Part shown: positions 15,085-30,517 of the stretch, piece by piece | Layout: each line of letters begins with the position of its first letter | How positions within the stretch are numbered: the first letter of the stretch is position 1 | Assembly (NCBI RefSeq): GCF_009914755.1 | Contig: NC_060926.1 | Reading direction: 5' to 3' (one strand) | From: the human T2T-CHM13v2.0 reference genome, Homo sapiens | DNA length: 64,000 nt | Translations under genes and position numbers: made by a program | Notes under the pieces: model-generated | What the model saw: the letters and a program-made list of their open reading frames with translations, nothing else | Told to the model about the DNA's origin: nothing | Database searches by the model: none

Positions 15085-15505
15085 AACATAAGGATAGCTA
15101 ACTGTTAAGTCAAATAAGCACTGAACATGTATCAGGCACTGTGCTGCTGACACCTCTGCCATTACTGACTCCTCCCAGCACCATGAGGTGGCTGCTGTTA
15201 TTATTATTATCCCCATTTCACAGATGAGGAAACAGGCTCAGATATATCAGAGGAACAAATGGTAGAGCTGGGCCTTGTGTCCAGGAGGCAGCTGTGTGGA
15301 GTCTGTGTGGTGCTTTAAGCTCTTAGACACAGTGGTCAGATCGCTCTGGTTTGAATCCTGGCTCTAGCACTTACCGGCTGCATCAGTTTCCCTATCTGGA
15401 AAGTGGGGGTAATGATTATACTTATCTCATAAGACAGTTGTGGGAATTAAGGAAATTAATACACATATGCAGTAAGCACTTACTAAGTGCTAGCTGTTGC
15501 TACTA
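15085..15505. mobile_element. Two MIR fragments in opposite orientations (approximate)
   Basis: attatccccatttcacagatgaggaaacaggctcaga (reverse) and ttgaatcctggctctagcacttac...cagtttccctatctg (forward). Confidence 0.65.
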
Positions 15506-15930
15506 TTTACATTCACCTAACACCCAATTGTCTGACCCCTCTTCTCTCAGTCGTAGGATTGAGTTCCTGCCCTGTCCCCATCCCGTGCTCAGAGCCTGGA
15601 GGGGACAATGAGACCCTTTCATCCCAGGCACATGACAGTGGCAGCCCGTGTATCCTGAAGAGCTGGCTGCTGAGGGAGAGACCCTGAGTGGCATGGGGCA
15701 GGAGCTCTGGGCAGGCGCCTGGTGGCTTAAAAGCCTTAAGCCCCTCTGAATGGCAGATAAGGCCCGGGTTGCCCCTGCGGGCCCAGTGGGAGCCCCCACT
15801 CAGCTGACGTGGTGGTACCATGGCTGCTGGTTTGGATTAGGGGCAGCTTGACCTTGGAGGAGTAGCTCTTATTAGGGAAACGTGGCCAGACACATGCAGA
15901 CCTGGAATGAGCTTGTTCAGTTAGCAATGA

Positions 15931-16314
<384 letters not shown>

Positions 16315-16891
16315 TAGAGCAGGGGGCCACACCTTAAATCCCGCCTCCCATGGAAAGCTGCCAGAGTCTACTCAAAGGCCCTGGTCCTGGCCCTGGCAAA
16401 CCTGTTCCAGCTGTCCCCTTGCTCTCCTCCAGGCAAGGGGCCCTGCTACTAGTGCCCACAGATGCAGCTCCTGGGACCAGCTGTGGTCAGCATTGACCCT
16501 GACCCATCCTGATCATTTCAAGGAGTCAGCCAGCCTTGGTTTGGACATTTTAGGGAGTGTGGCCTTGGGTTTCCCAGGGCAGCTCTAACATCTCCTCAGT
16601 TTTGACATGCCCAGGAGCCCTAATGAGAGCTGCAGCTGTCTGCTCAACTCACGAAGGGAGCTCAGGCACCTCTTCAGACACTAGGGAACACGGGTACGGG
16701 CCACTCCACGTGTCCAAGGGGGTTCTTAGATGGGAAGGGTGAGCAGGTGCCTGTCTCTGTCCCACGTGTGGTCCCCTTCCCAGCTCTGCCAGTCCTAGCC
16801 CTGGAGTGCCCAGGAGGCTGGCACTCTTAGCACCCCATCCCACCCGCCCTCCACTCCTGGCACAGCGCTCAGGCCCGTCTCTCCATTCCAG

Positions 16892-17016
16892 GGTGCCACT
16901 ACTACTACCTACCCTGGGGTAACGTGAAACCTGTGGTGGTGCTGTCATCCTACTGGGAGGACATCAGCCATAGAATCGAGACTCAGAACCAGCTGCTTGG
17001 GATTGCTGACCGGCTG
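16892..17016 (+). CDS. DYSF: Dysferlin exon 21 (125 nt): [42 protein letters not shown]
   Basis: ttccag acceptor and CTG|gtgagt donor. Frame is continuous with its neighbours. Confidence 0.97.
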
Positions 17017-18971
17017 GTGAGTGAAAACTTGCCCAAAGCTGCACATGCCTATGCATGCACCTGCTACCCCCGCTGCATGGGGTGTCTCAGACCACCACCC
17101 ACTGGTGCACACACTGACACACGGCTGTGCCTACTGACCTTTGTGGTTGGTGTCCTCTGTGCCTTGGCAATACCAGGCTTGTGGTCCTGTCCTGCATGCT
17201 TGGAAGAGAAAAGAGGGGATGTGAGCAATCTGAGGCAGCCCCAGTGTGCAGTGGGACACAGAGCAAGGGAGCAGAAGGAAAACCTATGCCACGCAGCAGG
17301 GCACGGCCTGGCTCTCGCTCGCTTACTCACTCATTACAGGCCTTTGGACTCGTAATGCACACAAGGGCTTGTGCTAGAAACTTCTAGCCAGAAGCTAGAG
17401 GCGAGAGGTGAGCAAGCAGTTGGCTCTGTCTTCAGGGAGTCAGTTTATTAAAGGAGGGCATAGGCTCACTTGTGCCTCTCATACAGGGCTTTCCAAACTT
17501 AGGTACAGGTGACATTCCAGGGGCAAAGAGATGTGGGGCTCCGAGCAGGGCAGGTGGCCAAGGAGCATCAGGAAGGCATCATAGGCCAGTGAGGGGGCTG
17601 TGTCCAGTGCAAGGAGATGGGGGGTGGGAACCCAGCTAGGCCACCATTGCAGGGACCTGGGGGAGGGTGACCAAGCCCTGGGAAGGAGATGGCCTTGGGG
17701 GGAAATTGCAGGACTTGAGCTACAAGGCCTTGGTGGCCGACTGGATTTGGGGCTGAGGAAGGGCTATAAGGAGGAACTCAAGTGGCTGGGGAATTGGGAA
17801 GCTGGGGAGAAGAGCAGAGCATATGAGGTCAGGTTCTGTTTTGGAGGTGAGGAGGAGCCTTCTGGGGAACCCCCTGCAGATGCTGGATGCTGCAGTCCTG
17901 GCACTTGGCCAGAATGGAGGAGAATCACAGGTGGGCAGAGGTGTAGAGGCTAAGGGAGGTGAGGAGGCTGGGCGGGAAGCTGATGGTCCTGGCAGTGGCT
18001 GTAGGGGTTTCTGTGGCATGGGTGGGGACAGCTGGTGAGAAAGTGGAAGAGACATGTGCAGGCCCTACTGCAGGAGCATGCTCAGATCAGCAGGTGGAGG
18101 GAAGGGGGACTGGAGAGGCCTGGGCGTGTCTGTGGGTGGGGAGGTGAGCATGGCTTGAAGGAAAGGTGGACAGAGAAGGGAAAGAGGCCATGGTGGCCCC
18201 ACCTTCCCAGAGACTGGCAGCTCTAGGGGAAAGAGGAGACCAGCGAATGCTGAGATGGGGAGAACATGGAGTTGATGCTATATAGCTCCAGTATCTGCCT
18301 TCTGGGCCCATCACTGGCTCACAGCAAGACTCCAGACTCCAAGAGGGCAGGGACCGTGTTCTTTCCAGTTCTACGAGATTGGTAGTCCAAGTCCTGAGCA
18401 CGTGTCCTTGCTCAGGAAGGCTGCTGGGTGGGGAGGGGTGTGTCGGGGGCTGAGGGACAGTCCTTGGCCTCTCAGCTCAGGGCTGAGGACCCATGGAGAG
18501 GGCTGGAGAAGAGCTCGGTAAGGGCCTGTTTCCCTGGGAGGCAGCACAGGGAGTGAGCAGGCCACAGGAGTTTGAGGAAGGAGCTGTCTGTGATTAGAGG
18601 TGGCAGGACGAATCCTGGAGGAGGGCGCTCTTAGTCTGAGCCTCATTGGGTGGTAGAATCTGGAAAGGAGAGAGGGTTCCAGGTGGGGAACCAGAGCAGG
18701 CTCGGAGAGGGCCACTTAGCTGTGGGAAGCCAGGCCTGGTTTGAGGTAGCAGGGAGGAGTCAGAAGCCATCAAGTTCTGCCCAAGTCTGCAGACACCCCC
18801 TGAGCTCCTCATGACTACATGTGAGGCTGGAGTTACAGGCATGAGACTGGATGTATTTGGGCGTGGGGAGCCTTGGAAGGTTCTTGAGCCAGGATAGACC
18901 CTGGTTTGTTGGGCCTGGACTCTGCCTTCTTTGCTCTAACTGTTCACTCCTTTTTGGTTCAGTAGCAGTGA

Positions 18972-19157
<186 letters not shown>

Positions 19158-20848
19158 TAGGGGGGACCTGGCGCCCCTGGTGCCCACCTCTCCTGGCTCA
19201 ACTGGGCCTGTTTCGCTGGGAGTGCTCGTGTGTGGCAGTGAGCAGTGGCACGTCTCCCAGCCACGCTTGGCCAGCAGTCCAGCCCGTGCTGAGTCCAAAG
19301 GTGGTGGAGCCAGTGCAGGAGTTGAAAAGGTGACATTGAGAGCAGGTCATAAATCTCCCTGCAGCAGCGGCAGCTGCGGGCCCGGCGGCCGGCTCACCTG
19401 AATGGGGAGCATTGTGTCTCTGATCCCCGACCTCTTATTTCCCTGATGGAATCTCCAGGAGGAGCTGGCTGGGGGGTGGGGTGACGGCGCCCCTCATTCC
19501 CTCAAGGCCATGTCGGGGATCATGGTTTCTGTTTAGCTTTCTATTGACATGGCTGATTGTTGACTTCAGGAAAAAAGGGCCCGGGGTGTGGAGGCCCAGC
19601 AGAGGGGTGCATCTCACATCTCCTCTGCTGCCATGTGGTTTTGGGGAGCCACCCATGGGTTTTGACCCTTGGTTTTCTCAACTTCAACCTGGCATGAAGA
19701 ATAACTACTTTATAATATCTTCTAAACAAAGTGCCTGGCCCTTGGGAAGGATTTAATAAATGGTAGCTATAATTATTGCTCAGAAGAAGAAATGTCAGGA
19801 GACTTAGCTCCTGGTCTCTTTATCTGACTTGGTAACTTTGGGAAGCTTCTCTTCTCTGGACTTTAGTTTTCTCAGCTGTTAAATGGACTTAAATAATTGC
19901 CCCTCTGCTCTCCACAGGGTTAATATATGCAAATGTGTGAATATATGCAAATGTATTCTATGCTCCCATACGCCTCATCACCCCTCCCTCAGCCTGGCTG
20001 TACAGCCCTGCTGAACGCATCTGAGAAACTGATAACCATGGTCACTGATCCAGCATCCCTTCTATTGTTTGTGGCTCAGTTAGGAAGTGTATCTTTATCA
20101 AAATATTACCCCAGAGAAATGCTCCCGGCCCAGTAGTGGAATTCCAGACAGGCCATTCACCCATTTCCCCCAACCTTCCTGAAGCCTGGCAGGCTCAGTG
20201 CCAGATGCCCAGAGCATACTGACAAAGGTACAACTTCAGCCCTCCAGGGATGGTTGGATGCGAAAAATGGGCAGAGGAGGTAAAGTGCGTTAGGAAGTTA
20301 GAGGTGAGCACTGTAGGAGCTCTAAGCAGGTGCATCTCATTCCCACAAATTGAATTCAGGGAAGCTTCCTGGAGAAGGGGATGCCCCAGGTGGACTTTGA
20401 GGGAGGAGCAGGAGTTAGCCTTTGGAGAGGGGACTGCCAGGGCAAAGGCACAGAAGCCTGAAATGCCTGCTGCCTCCTGGGTGGGGGAAGTGGCAGGAGA
20501 GGCTGTTGCCCAATTGGGCGGCCCCGAGGGTCTCTGCTAAGGAGAGCTCAGCCCTGGGAGCAAGGCCGAGGGAAAGGTGATCCCAGGGTCTAAATGCTGC
20601 AATGTGAGGAAAGGACTGGTGGTGGCGGCGAATGGCAGGTGCTGGGACCAGGGGAGGGGAGACTGGACATACGGCAGGTGAGCTGTGATGATGGTGTAAC
20701 TAAGACAGTGATAGTGGGAGGGGTGGGGGCTAGGGCAGCATGGACTATTTAGGAGGGATTATGATGACAAGCAGTCTTCTGTGCCAGGCATTGTCCTAAG
20801 AATTTTACATGTATTAACCAACCATGAAATCTTATGAACTAGAAAGTA

Positions 20849-21145
<297 letters not shown>

Positions 21146-23399
21146 TTACAGATAGGAAACTGAGGCACAGAGAGGTTAACTTGCCCAGATTCACACACCT
21201 GGTGAGTGGCAGAACCCCCTTGCTGTGCTGCTCTGTAATGGACAGAACCTGATGATGGGGTGAATATGGGAGCCACAGGAGGGTTCAGAATGATCCCCTG
21301 ATCCTGGCCAGGGGGGCTAGGTGGGCATGGGGGCTGTGCTCTGAGAGGGTCAGCAGGAGGAGGAGCCAGTTGAGGGGGAGGTGAGGCATTCAGGACAGGC
21401 TGTGTTGAGGTATCTGTGAGGAAGCTGGCCTGTGGTCTGGAGGTGGGAGGACAGAGTGGGGTTGGAGGGGCACATATGGGCACGGTCAGCCTGTGGTGGC
21501 TACAGCCACTGGGTGAGCTCCCCAGGGCATCCCCGGGGCCCCAGATCCCACCTGCAAGGTGACTCATGGTGCCATGTTGGCACCACCTTGGGTGAGGTGG
21601 GTGGGCCAGGACTCTGGGTTCTACCCGTGGCCCTGCACATGACCCCCGTGTTGTTTGTAGCTTGGCAGGTCTGAGGAGCCTGGAATATCTGAGACCTGTG
21701 GGCCCTGAGTCCTTGGCTGCCCTCAGTGACCTCTGCAGGGCTCTGCTCTTGGAGGATCTGCCTACAAACAGTTCTGGCGCCTTTGAGTCACTCTCCTGGG
21801 GTTGGAAGAGTGGCTGGGCCTCCCAGCAGGGAGGCTGGTTCCAGCTCAGGAGCTTGGGAGGGGAACTGGGTTCCCGTCCTCTTGAGAATGCATAATGGCT
21901 CTCTGGGGGGGAATTCCAGGCAGCAGGAGCAATTCGCTCAGCTCCACCTGAGGCCACTGAGTGGCCCAGCACCTCAGCTAGAGGGCTTCCTCCACCTCTC
22001 ACTGCAGTGCTGAGCACCATCACAGCTGATAGGCAGAGCAGCCGGGCATGGGGGCCCTGAGCGAACTCAGGCCCATAGCTGAACACAGCAGCTCACCCTT
22101 TCTCCAGCCAGCCTGGCCCACTTCTCCAGCATCGGTGTTCCTCATTCCATCTCAGCCCTTTTCCCGGCTCATCTTCCGGGAGCCTCCCCCTTCCCCAGGG
22201 CTGGTGGTGTCCACTCTGTTCCTCCAGCCCAGCCCTCTTCTCTGATCTCTAGACCTATGAACCCAAGGTGCTGGACATGTCCACGTGGATGTCCCACCAG
22301 CACCTCCGTGCTGCGTCTGGGGCTACACATGTTGCAGACAGGTTTCATCACCTCCCAGCACTGTCTTTTCCTGGGTCCCCAGAATCCACGCTGGAAACCT
22401 GAGCCAGCTCTGACTGCCCTCCTCCTCTTTTCTCTGCCCCAGCCCTGGTGGCTCTGCCTCACCCATGTCCTTCCTCCTTCCTTCCTCTCCCACCCCTCCT
22501 TTAGTATCCCCATCGTCTTCAAGCTGTGTCATGCCTGCCTCCATGTCAGCCCTGCAGTGGCTGCTGCTGCATCCAGGAAAAGCCCCTGCTCTCATCCTGG
22601 TGGACAGGCCTTTCTGTCCCCACCACCTGCCTCACGGAGCCCTAACGCTTCTGAAGCTCTGCGCTAGTTTGTCCGGCCCTCAGCACCCCCACCCCTACAG
22701 GCTCCCCCTTGCCTCTGTGTCTTTGCACTTGTGCACATGCTGCTCCATCAGCCAGGACGCCCTTCCCACTCTTTGGGCCTTACTAACGCCTGCTGGCCCT
22801 GCCAGGTGCAGCTCAGGGCCACTTCCTCCAGGAAGGGCTCCTGACTCTGAGGCTGCTCAGGTGGGGATCTGTTTGCGTCTCTGTTCTGCGGACTTCCTGA
22901 GAGCAGGGCCAGGTCTCATCTCTGGAGGCAGCATCCAGTCCAAGCCCAGGGCAGAGCTGTTGCTCACTAGGAGTGAAATGAATGCCCCGAGGCCAGTTCA
23001 TCTTTCAGGCCGGACACTGCCCAGGGTACAGGTATCCACCTGGCCCCGCAGAGGCAGGCAGGGACCTTGGGAGCAGCCCAGCCCACTCTGCTCTCAGCCT
23101 GCTGAGCCCTGCGCTGGGCCTACCTGCAATTTCCAAGTCAGCCGGCGTTGGCGGGGCCCCTGGCTTTGCTTAGGGCTGGGTGGAGCGCCATCAGCCTCCT
23201 CTTCCCGGTCTCCCCTTCTTTCCGTACCCCCTGCCTTGGGCTTTCCTGAGGAGGGAAAGAGCCGAGACAGCACGGAGACAGCTTGTTAGTGGCACTCACA
23301 GGTCCTAAATGTTTCTTGGGGAGTCTTGGCTGGGCTGTGGCCTCCATGAAAATCTCCCTTTGGTGGTCTGTACTGCAGCCCCTCCTGGCTCCCGACCCG

Positions 23400-23890
23400 G
23401 GCTGGGCGCATAAATCACCCTGGTTGGCTCGGCTCTCCCTATCCCTCTCCAGACCCGCTTGCCCCCGCTCTCAGGCCCACTCAGGCCTGGTTCCCAGGCA
23501 GGCCCCAGCACAGGGCTCCGGCCCAGGCCCCCCCCCGCCCCGCTACCCACCGAGCATGCCCCTCCACCACCGAGGAGCGGCCTGGGGCAGCCCATCCGCG
23601 GCACCCTCGGGGCAGTAAATATTATATTACTACAGGGTGTGCAGTACGTGACCTGAGACAGGCCCCGGGGCTTAAGTTTCCCGAGATGGAGTTTGCGTAC
23701 TGCTCCCCCCATCCTAAAAATTCAATTAAAAAAAATAACAGGAAAAATGTAGTGCGCCGAGGGCCTGCCAGAGCGGTGTATCTGGCGGCGGCGGTGCCGC
23801 TGCGCTCCGGCGGTAATTGGTTCTGCATAGCTCGGGGAAATTGGCAGAAAAATAAATCAGCCGGGAGCCGGGAGTCAGACGCTGCAGGGA
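23400..23890. promoter_or_regulatory. Intronic CpG island (intron 22)
   Basis: Non-repeat block with strongly raised CpG density (ggcggcggcggtgccgctgcgctccggcgg; ccccccgccccgc) against CpG-poor flanks. Confidence 0.75.
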
Positions 23891-24713
23891 GGGGAGGTGG
23901 GGGGTGCTGCAAGTGGTGGGAGCAGACCTGGTGGAGCGGGTTTGACTAATGTCCTGTTTGGGAGTCAAGGGGGTGAGGTGGGGGCAGGGCAGCCCCCATA
24001 CCCTCAGTGGAGAATGGAAAATGGAGAGGAGTCCCGCTTGGTTAGGGAGTGCACAGACTGCCCCGCCGCATTTCTGCATGGCCCTTGTGTGGGTACCGAC
24101 CCCTGGCCTTGGAATGGCGAGGAGGAGCCATATGAAGGACTTTCAGGGCGCCTCCGTGGGATGGGGGAGGTCAGAGTTCTTTGCCTCTAAACAGGATTGA
24201 GCTTAAACCTGACCTCCTATCTCTCAGGGCTCAGGGCTGTGTTTCTGGCATTGCATGTACCCCCCACCTCCTCTCCAAAGGCTTCCCAAAGCAGAGTGTT
24301 CTGGGAAGGGTTCTGTTGTGGCTCCCCACCCCACCTCAGGTGGATACATCTGAGCTGCTGGCCTCCCTGCAGTGCCTGCAGTAGCTCTTCAGGGGTTCCT
24401 AAATTTCTTCCTTGAAGAATGTGGACACAGCACAGAGCAGACTTGTTTCAGTGCAGGGCACTCAGCGCTGGAGCCTCTACTCTAGGAGGATCCAGGAGGC
24501 AGGAGCAGGACCCCCTGGGCCCTCCGAGAGCCTGTAGTCAGTGGGGCAGAGGGGAACACACATGCAAAAGAACTCACTGGACTGGAGTTGAGGACAGATT
24601 CCAAACTGGCAGTCCTGGAATCGAGGGCTGGGGGCTCCAGATCAGGAGGCGCGTAGGCTGACATGGGTGAGGAAGGCTTCCTGGAGGAGGTGAGGGTGGA
24701 GCACATCACATAG

Positions 24714-25187
<474 letters not shown>

Positions 25188-26109
25188 TGACTTAACCTCT
25201 CTGAACCTCAATGGACCAATTTGCAGAAGGAAGAGAGAGGGTACGATGGAATACTGGGTGTTATGGGGCCCAGCACAGAGCCTGGCACACAATAGGTAAC
25301 TAATAAATGCCCTCTGTTTGCCAAAGTATGTCAGAGACAGAGCTGGGACCAGAATCCAAGGTACCTGGTTCTAGGTTCAGTGCCAGGGCCAGCTTCCCCA
25401 GGTTCCCGACTCCTACTTCCTGCCAGCCAGTGCCTGTCTGCACCTGGCCAACAACCTGCCCTGCCTGGACCCTCTGTTTCCTGTTGTCCTGGATGCCTCT
25501 GAACCCCAGGCCCAAGGAGGCTTCATTTTCAGTAACTCTGAGTTTTGCTGAATCTGATCAGAGAGAACCGGCTCTGGTTTGTCTTTGGGGAACTATTTCC
25601 CCACCTGCAGACCCTCCCCCTGAGGTCTCTGTGGCCAGATGCACCCACCCGGTTCTGTGGCAAATAGGCAGGTCCGGTATTTGTCTGGAATGAGAAGCGT
25701 CTGCTCATAAGTGTTGGGCAGACACAGCTGCTGCCTGCTCTGACCAGAGCCCTGTGGGACTCCCAGGGAGGAGGTAGGGGCTCTCCCCAGGAGTGTGAGA
25801 AGGGCAGGGCCAGGAGAGCGGTTGCTGGAGGAAGCTGTGGAAGGGGAGAGGGAGGCTGCTCAGGAAGGGATGTGGGTCCCTGGAGTCAGCAGGGCCTATA
25901 GGCACAGGCTGGTTCCCTGGTGGACACTGTGTCGCTCAGCTGTGGACCAACTCCTCACAGTGGCAGCAGACCAACCCCTCAGGCTGGTCACGGGCTTCCC
26001 TCTGTAATCTCAGCCCAGACTGACCCGTGAACTGTAAGCACAAATTGTGATATGGCTGGAAGGGGTTAAGGTCGAACAGTGCTGTCACTGTAAGGGCCCC
26101 GTGGAGAGA

Positions 26110-26285
26110 GCCCTTCTCAAACTTGCATGTGCATCAGAATCCCTTGGAGGGCTTGTGAAAAGCAGGTTAGGGCCCACCCCTCGAGTTCCTGCCCCCCTGG
26201 AACTGGGGCAAACCTGAAAATATGCATTTCTAACAAGTTCCTGGAAGCTGCTGCTGCTGTGGGTGCCACACTTTGAGAACCCCTG
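26110..26285. mobile_element. MER5A-like hAT-Charlie MITE
   Basis: ttctcaaactt...gcatcagaatc...tgcatttctaacaagttcc...cacactttgagaacc. Confidence 0.8.
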
Positions 26286-26871
26286 GTATAGTGGTTAGGA
26301 ACACATATTTGGAGTCAGAAAAACCTGCATTGGCTCCTAAGCTCTCAAAGCCTGAATTTCCTCACCTGTCAAATGGGGCTGCCTGTCCTGCCTCCTGGGC
26401 TTGCTGTTGGGGTTCAGTGAAGCGACGCATGGGCATGCTTCACCTGTGCTGCAGGAGCATCAGCTCAGCAGGACCCTGGGTGGAGACCTGGGGCTCACTT
26501 GGGCTCACTTTGCTCATCATCCTTGGAAGCAAATGGACCCTTACCCAATCAGCCTGCTCTCCAGAGTGTGCAGCTGGGAGCAGTTGTCAATCATGCTGGA
26601 GGGGCTTAGGGGCCTCACAGTTTTGTTCTGGACTAGTCACCATTTTCAGAGTCCAGTGTCTTCAGGCCATGGGAGTCCTGCTGCTACGGGAGGAGGGTGT
26701 GTGTCCTCTGGGAAGGGCATACCTTCTGTGGATCTGTTCCCGCTCTTGGGGCTGAGGAAGGCGGGTGGTGTCCTAGGCGTAATGTTACCTCCCTGGTCAA
26801 ATCTAGTTCTCTGATGTTTGCCCCCTGGGAATGTCTACCTGGTAGCGAGGACCTAAGAATGTAAGGTTTGA

Positions 26872-27372
<501 letters not shown>

Positions 27373-28201
27373 TAAGGCCTTTCTCCCATCTCTTCTGTTT
27401 CCCCTCCTGTTCTTGACCTATCTTAGTTCTTAGGCTGTGGTCTTGGAAGGAGAAGAGGTCTTTGGGTAAAACAATTTCCCTTTTCCTCGGTTACCCCCGA
27501 AGTCCCCAGGCCCCTGCACCTAGTCTAGGAAGTTAGTAGGTTTGAGCCGGAATCACTGGCGCTGGGAGTGAATGAGGTGGAGTCTGTGGCCCAGGCCATC
27601 TGGGAGGGCTGACCCCTGGGGCTGTGTTTGTCCTTCCAGGCAGGTCCCTTATAGGGAGGCCTCATCCTCAGTTCCCAGGCACTAGCAGGCCTTGCATGAC
27701 CTGGCTTCCACACCAACCCGAGTGCCCTGGACTGGAGCTGGAGCCACTCTGAGGCTCAAGTCCTCCCTGCTGGGAAGGCTGGTATCTGGGGCTTGGGACA
27801 GGCACACCACAATCTGGACCCACTGGAGAGCTGGGAGCATGTAATTCTGTCCCCTGGTCTCACCAGCCCCCACCTCTCCTGCCCTTTCTCCTCTTCTAAC
27901 ACCCATCCCTGCTCCCTCTTCCTCCTTTCCAGGAGGGTCACCAGCTTTGGGGACGGGTGACAGGGAGGTGAGTGGGTGCTTGGGGAGAGCCCATCTGTGC
28001 TCCTCTCTAGGCTCATGCGCGGACATAGAGCCAAAGCTGCTGTGGTCATGGTGTGGCCTGGCGTGCAGGACACAATGCGGGAGATCCCTCCCTGCACGAT
28101 GGCTGCCCAGGCCCAAGGGAGGGCCCTCCTTGAAGAGCTGTCAGCAAGGCTGCCCCTGCTTGGGGAGGAGTGGCCCTGAGAAGCAGGCCTGCTCCTTACC
28201 T

Positions 28202-28501
28202 TTTTTTTTTTTGAGTTGGAATCTCATTCTATTGCCCAGGCTGGAGTGTAGTGGTGTGATCTCCACTCACTGCAGCCTCTGCCTCACAAGTTCAAGGGAT
28301 TCTCCTCCCTCAGCCTCCTGAGTAGCTGGGATTATAGGCGTTTGCCAACCCACCCAGCTCTTTTTTTTTTTTTTTTTAATTTTAGTGGAGATGGGGTTTC
28401 ACCATGTTGGCCAGGCTGGTCTCGAAATCCTGACCTCAGGTGATCCGCCTGCCTTGGCCTCCCAAAGTGCTGGGATTCAGGCGTGAGCCACCGCGCCAGC
28501 C
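28202..28501 (-). mobile_element. Alu (AluSx-like), antisense
   Basis: Dimer with TSD ctccttacct at 28192-28201 and 28502-28511. Confidence 0.95.
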
Positions 28502-29466
28502 CTCCTTACCTCTTTTCATTTGCCCTGAATAGCTCTACTAGCATTCAAGGACTCCTCAGCCTAAGGCACCAGACTTTCATCCAGCCTAGTCCACCTCCCC
28601 AAAGCCCCTCCACGCTGGACCTTCCCCTTCCCTACATCTCTCCTCCCTCCTCCCCTCTTCCAGGAAGTCGTTGTTGACTTACTTTAGCCTGGAACCCTGA
28701 AGCAGAGCCCCCTGAGTGATGCTGATGCATTCATATATTGGCCAGTCCTCTTGTTGTCCCCTGGGGGGTGTGGAGAGGGCAGGTTTCAGTAGCACAGAGG
28801 ATGCCAGGGCTGGTTGGAGCTCTATGTGGCCTTGGGCAGGTTGCTTAACCTCTCTGAATTGCCTGTTGTCTTATCATCTGTAAAATGAGGGTGGGTGGGG
28901 CTGCCCACTTTACAGGTTTTGAGGGTTGAGTTAGGTGACACAGGTGATGGGTCTTGCTGGAACTAAGTGATCAATGGATGTTAGTTTCTCTCCCCACCTC
29001 TCCCCTTTTCCTTTTGGGGAGCTCCCCTGCTCTATGCGTGCCATGACTGGAGGCCAACTCAAGGCCAGGGATAGTAGATGTCTGCACACAGTTGTGTGAG
29101 TGAGTGTGTCTGTGTGTGTGTGTGTTGGGCAGCAGGCTGCCCCCATCCACCTGCTCACATGCCACCTGGGGCATGTTTCCCATTAGATTCTAACCTCCTG
29201 TGCTTGTCAGAGCCTAACCTCTGAGAGTCTACCTCCTAAGCCAGTTCCTGGCCTGGTAGGGCAGAAAGGAAAGGAAGTCAAGGAGTGGCCATATCTGAGT
29301 GGGGCTGACCGGGGAAGGCGGTCTGCGAGAGTGGCGGGGGCGGGGCGAGGGGTGCTGCTGAATTGTGCCTGGTGGACTTGCTGGGAGGGGATGAGCTCCA
29401 GGTTCTGACCTCTTGGCCATGTAGCCTCAGGGAAATGCAAACTGAAAATTTTCCCTGGTTTCAAGC

Positions 29467-29490
29467 AAAAAAAAAAAAAAAAAAAAAAAA
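29467..29490 (+). repeat. A24 homopolymer not attached to a recognisable retroposon
   Basis: 24 consecutive A residues. Confidence 0.95.
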
Positions 29491-30517
29491 GATATAGAAT
29501 TGTTTCTCGAAGTCTTCCCCACTGAGTTTATGAGCCCCGCCAGTAGCTCCTGAGCAAGCTCTACAAAAATGTTGGCAGCAAGCAGAGACCAAGAAAACAT
29601 TGGTGTTTCTTAACTTAAACCAAAGTTGGAAAAAATGAGCACCAGCAGAGAGAGAGAGGAGCCCCAAACTAGACATTTCTTTATTTGCTGTTGCTATTTT
29701 GGGTCCAGCAGGCTGGCCCCGTCTCGGGGAGGACAGGGGAGAGAGCCGGGGGTGGATGGGGGAAGTGGGGGTCAGGCATTCCTGCCATCTCCCTGGGGCT
29801 GGTGGTTTGGAGGGTAAAGGCAGTTAACCACCCGGGGGAGAGGACAGCCGAAGCGAACAGCCATGGAGAGGTTTCCCCGGGGCATGACACGTGGACTCAG
29901 GGGCTCCTACAGGCTTCATTGAAGATGAACCAAAAGAAGGGGGGCTGTGTCCGCAGGAGGGAAGCGTGAGGTGGCCCTAGCCTTGGCATGTCCTCTGCCC
30001 CTTCCTGAGCCTCCTACCTGCCCTGGGCTCTCCCTCCAGGGATCCAGGCCTCCCTGACCAGCGTGGGACCCCTTACCTCAGCTGCCCTTTCATCTTCTGA
30101 ACCCACCCGTTTTCTCACTTGGCTATACTGCTCTGAGCTCATGACACTAGGCCTGGGTACTTAATGTGTTGCCTCCTCTAGGGGACAATGTGAATTTTAA
30201 GAGCAGGAGCTTCTGCTCCTCAGGCCATGTCTGACCTTTGGTTTCAATCAAATGGTGAAGTAATTGTGGAGAATAATTTTTGTTTCATGTTGGGTTGTTG
30301 TGGTTATTCCATTTGGCAGAGCTTCTGAAAGTTTCAGGAAAAAAAGCAGTTGAAGACCAGTGAATAGTGGTTGACATGCTGATAATCACTTGAAAGGGTA
30401 GGGATATTAGATGATACAGTAACCAAAGAAATAAAATACTAAACATGGAGGGGGAGGCTTTAATTTCTTCTCTTTCCAGATCTGTATCATTGTATCTCCT
30501 TTAGAGACAAGTTTTAG

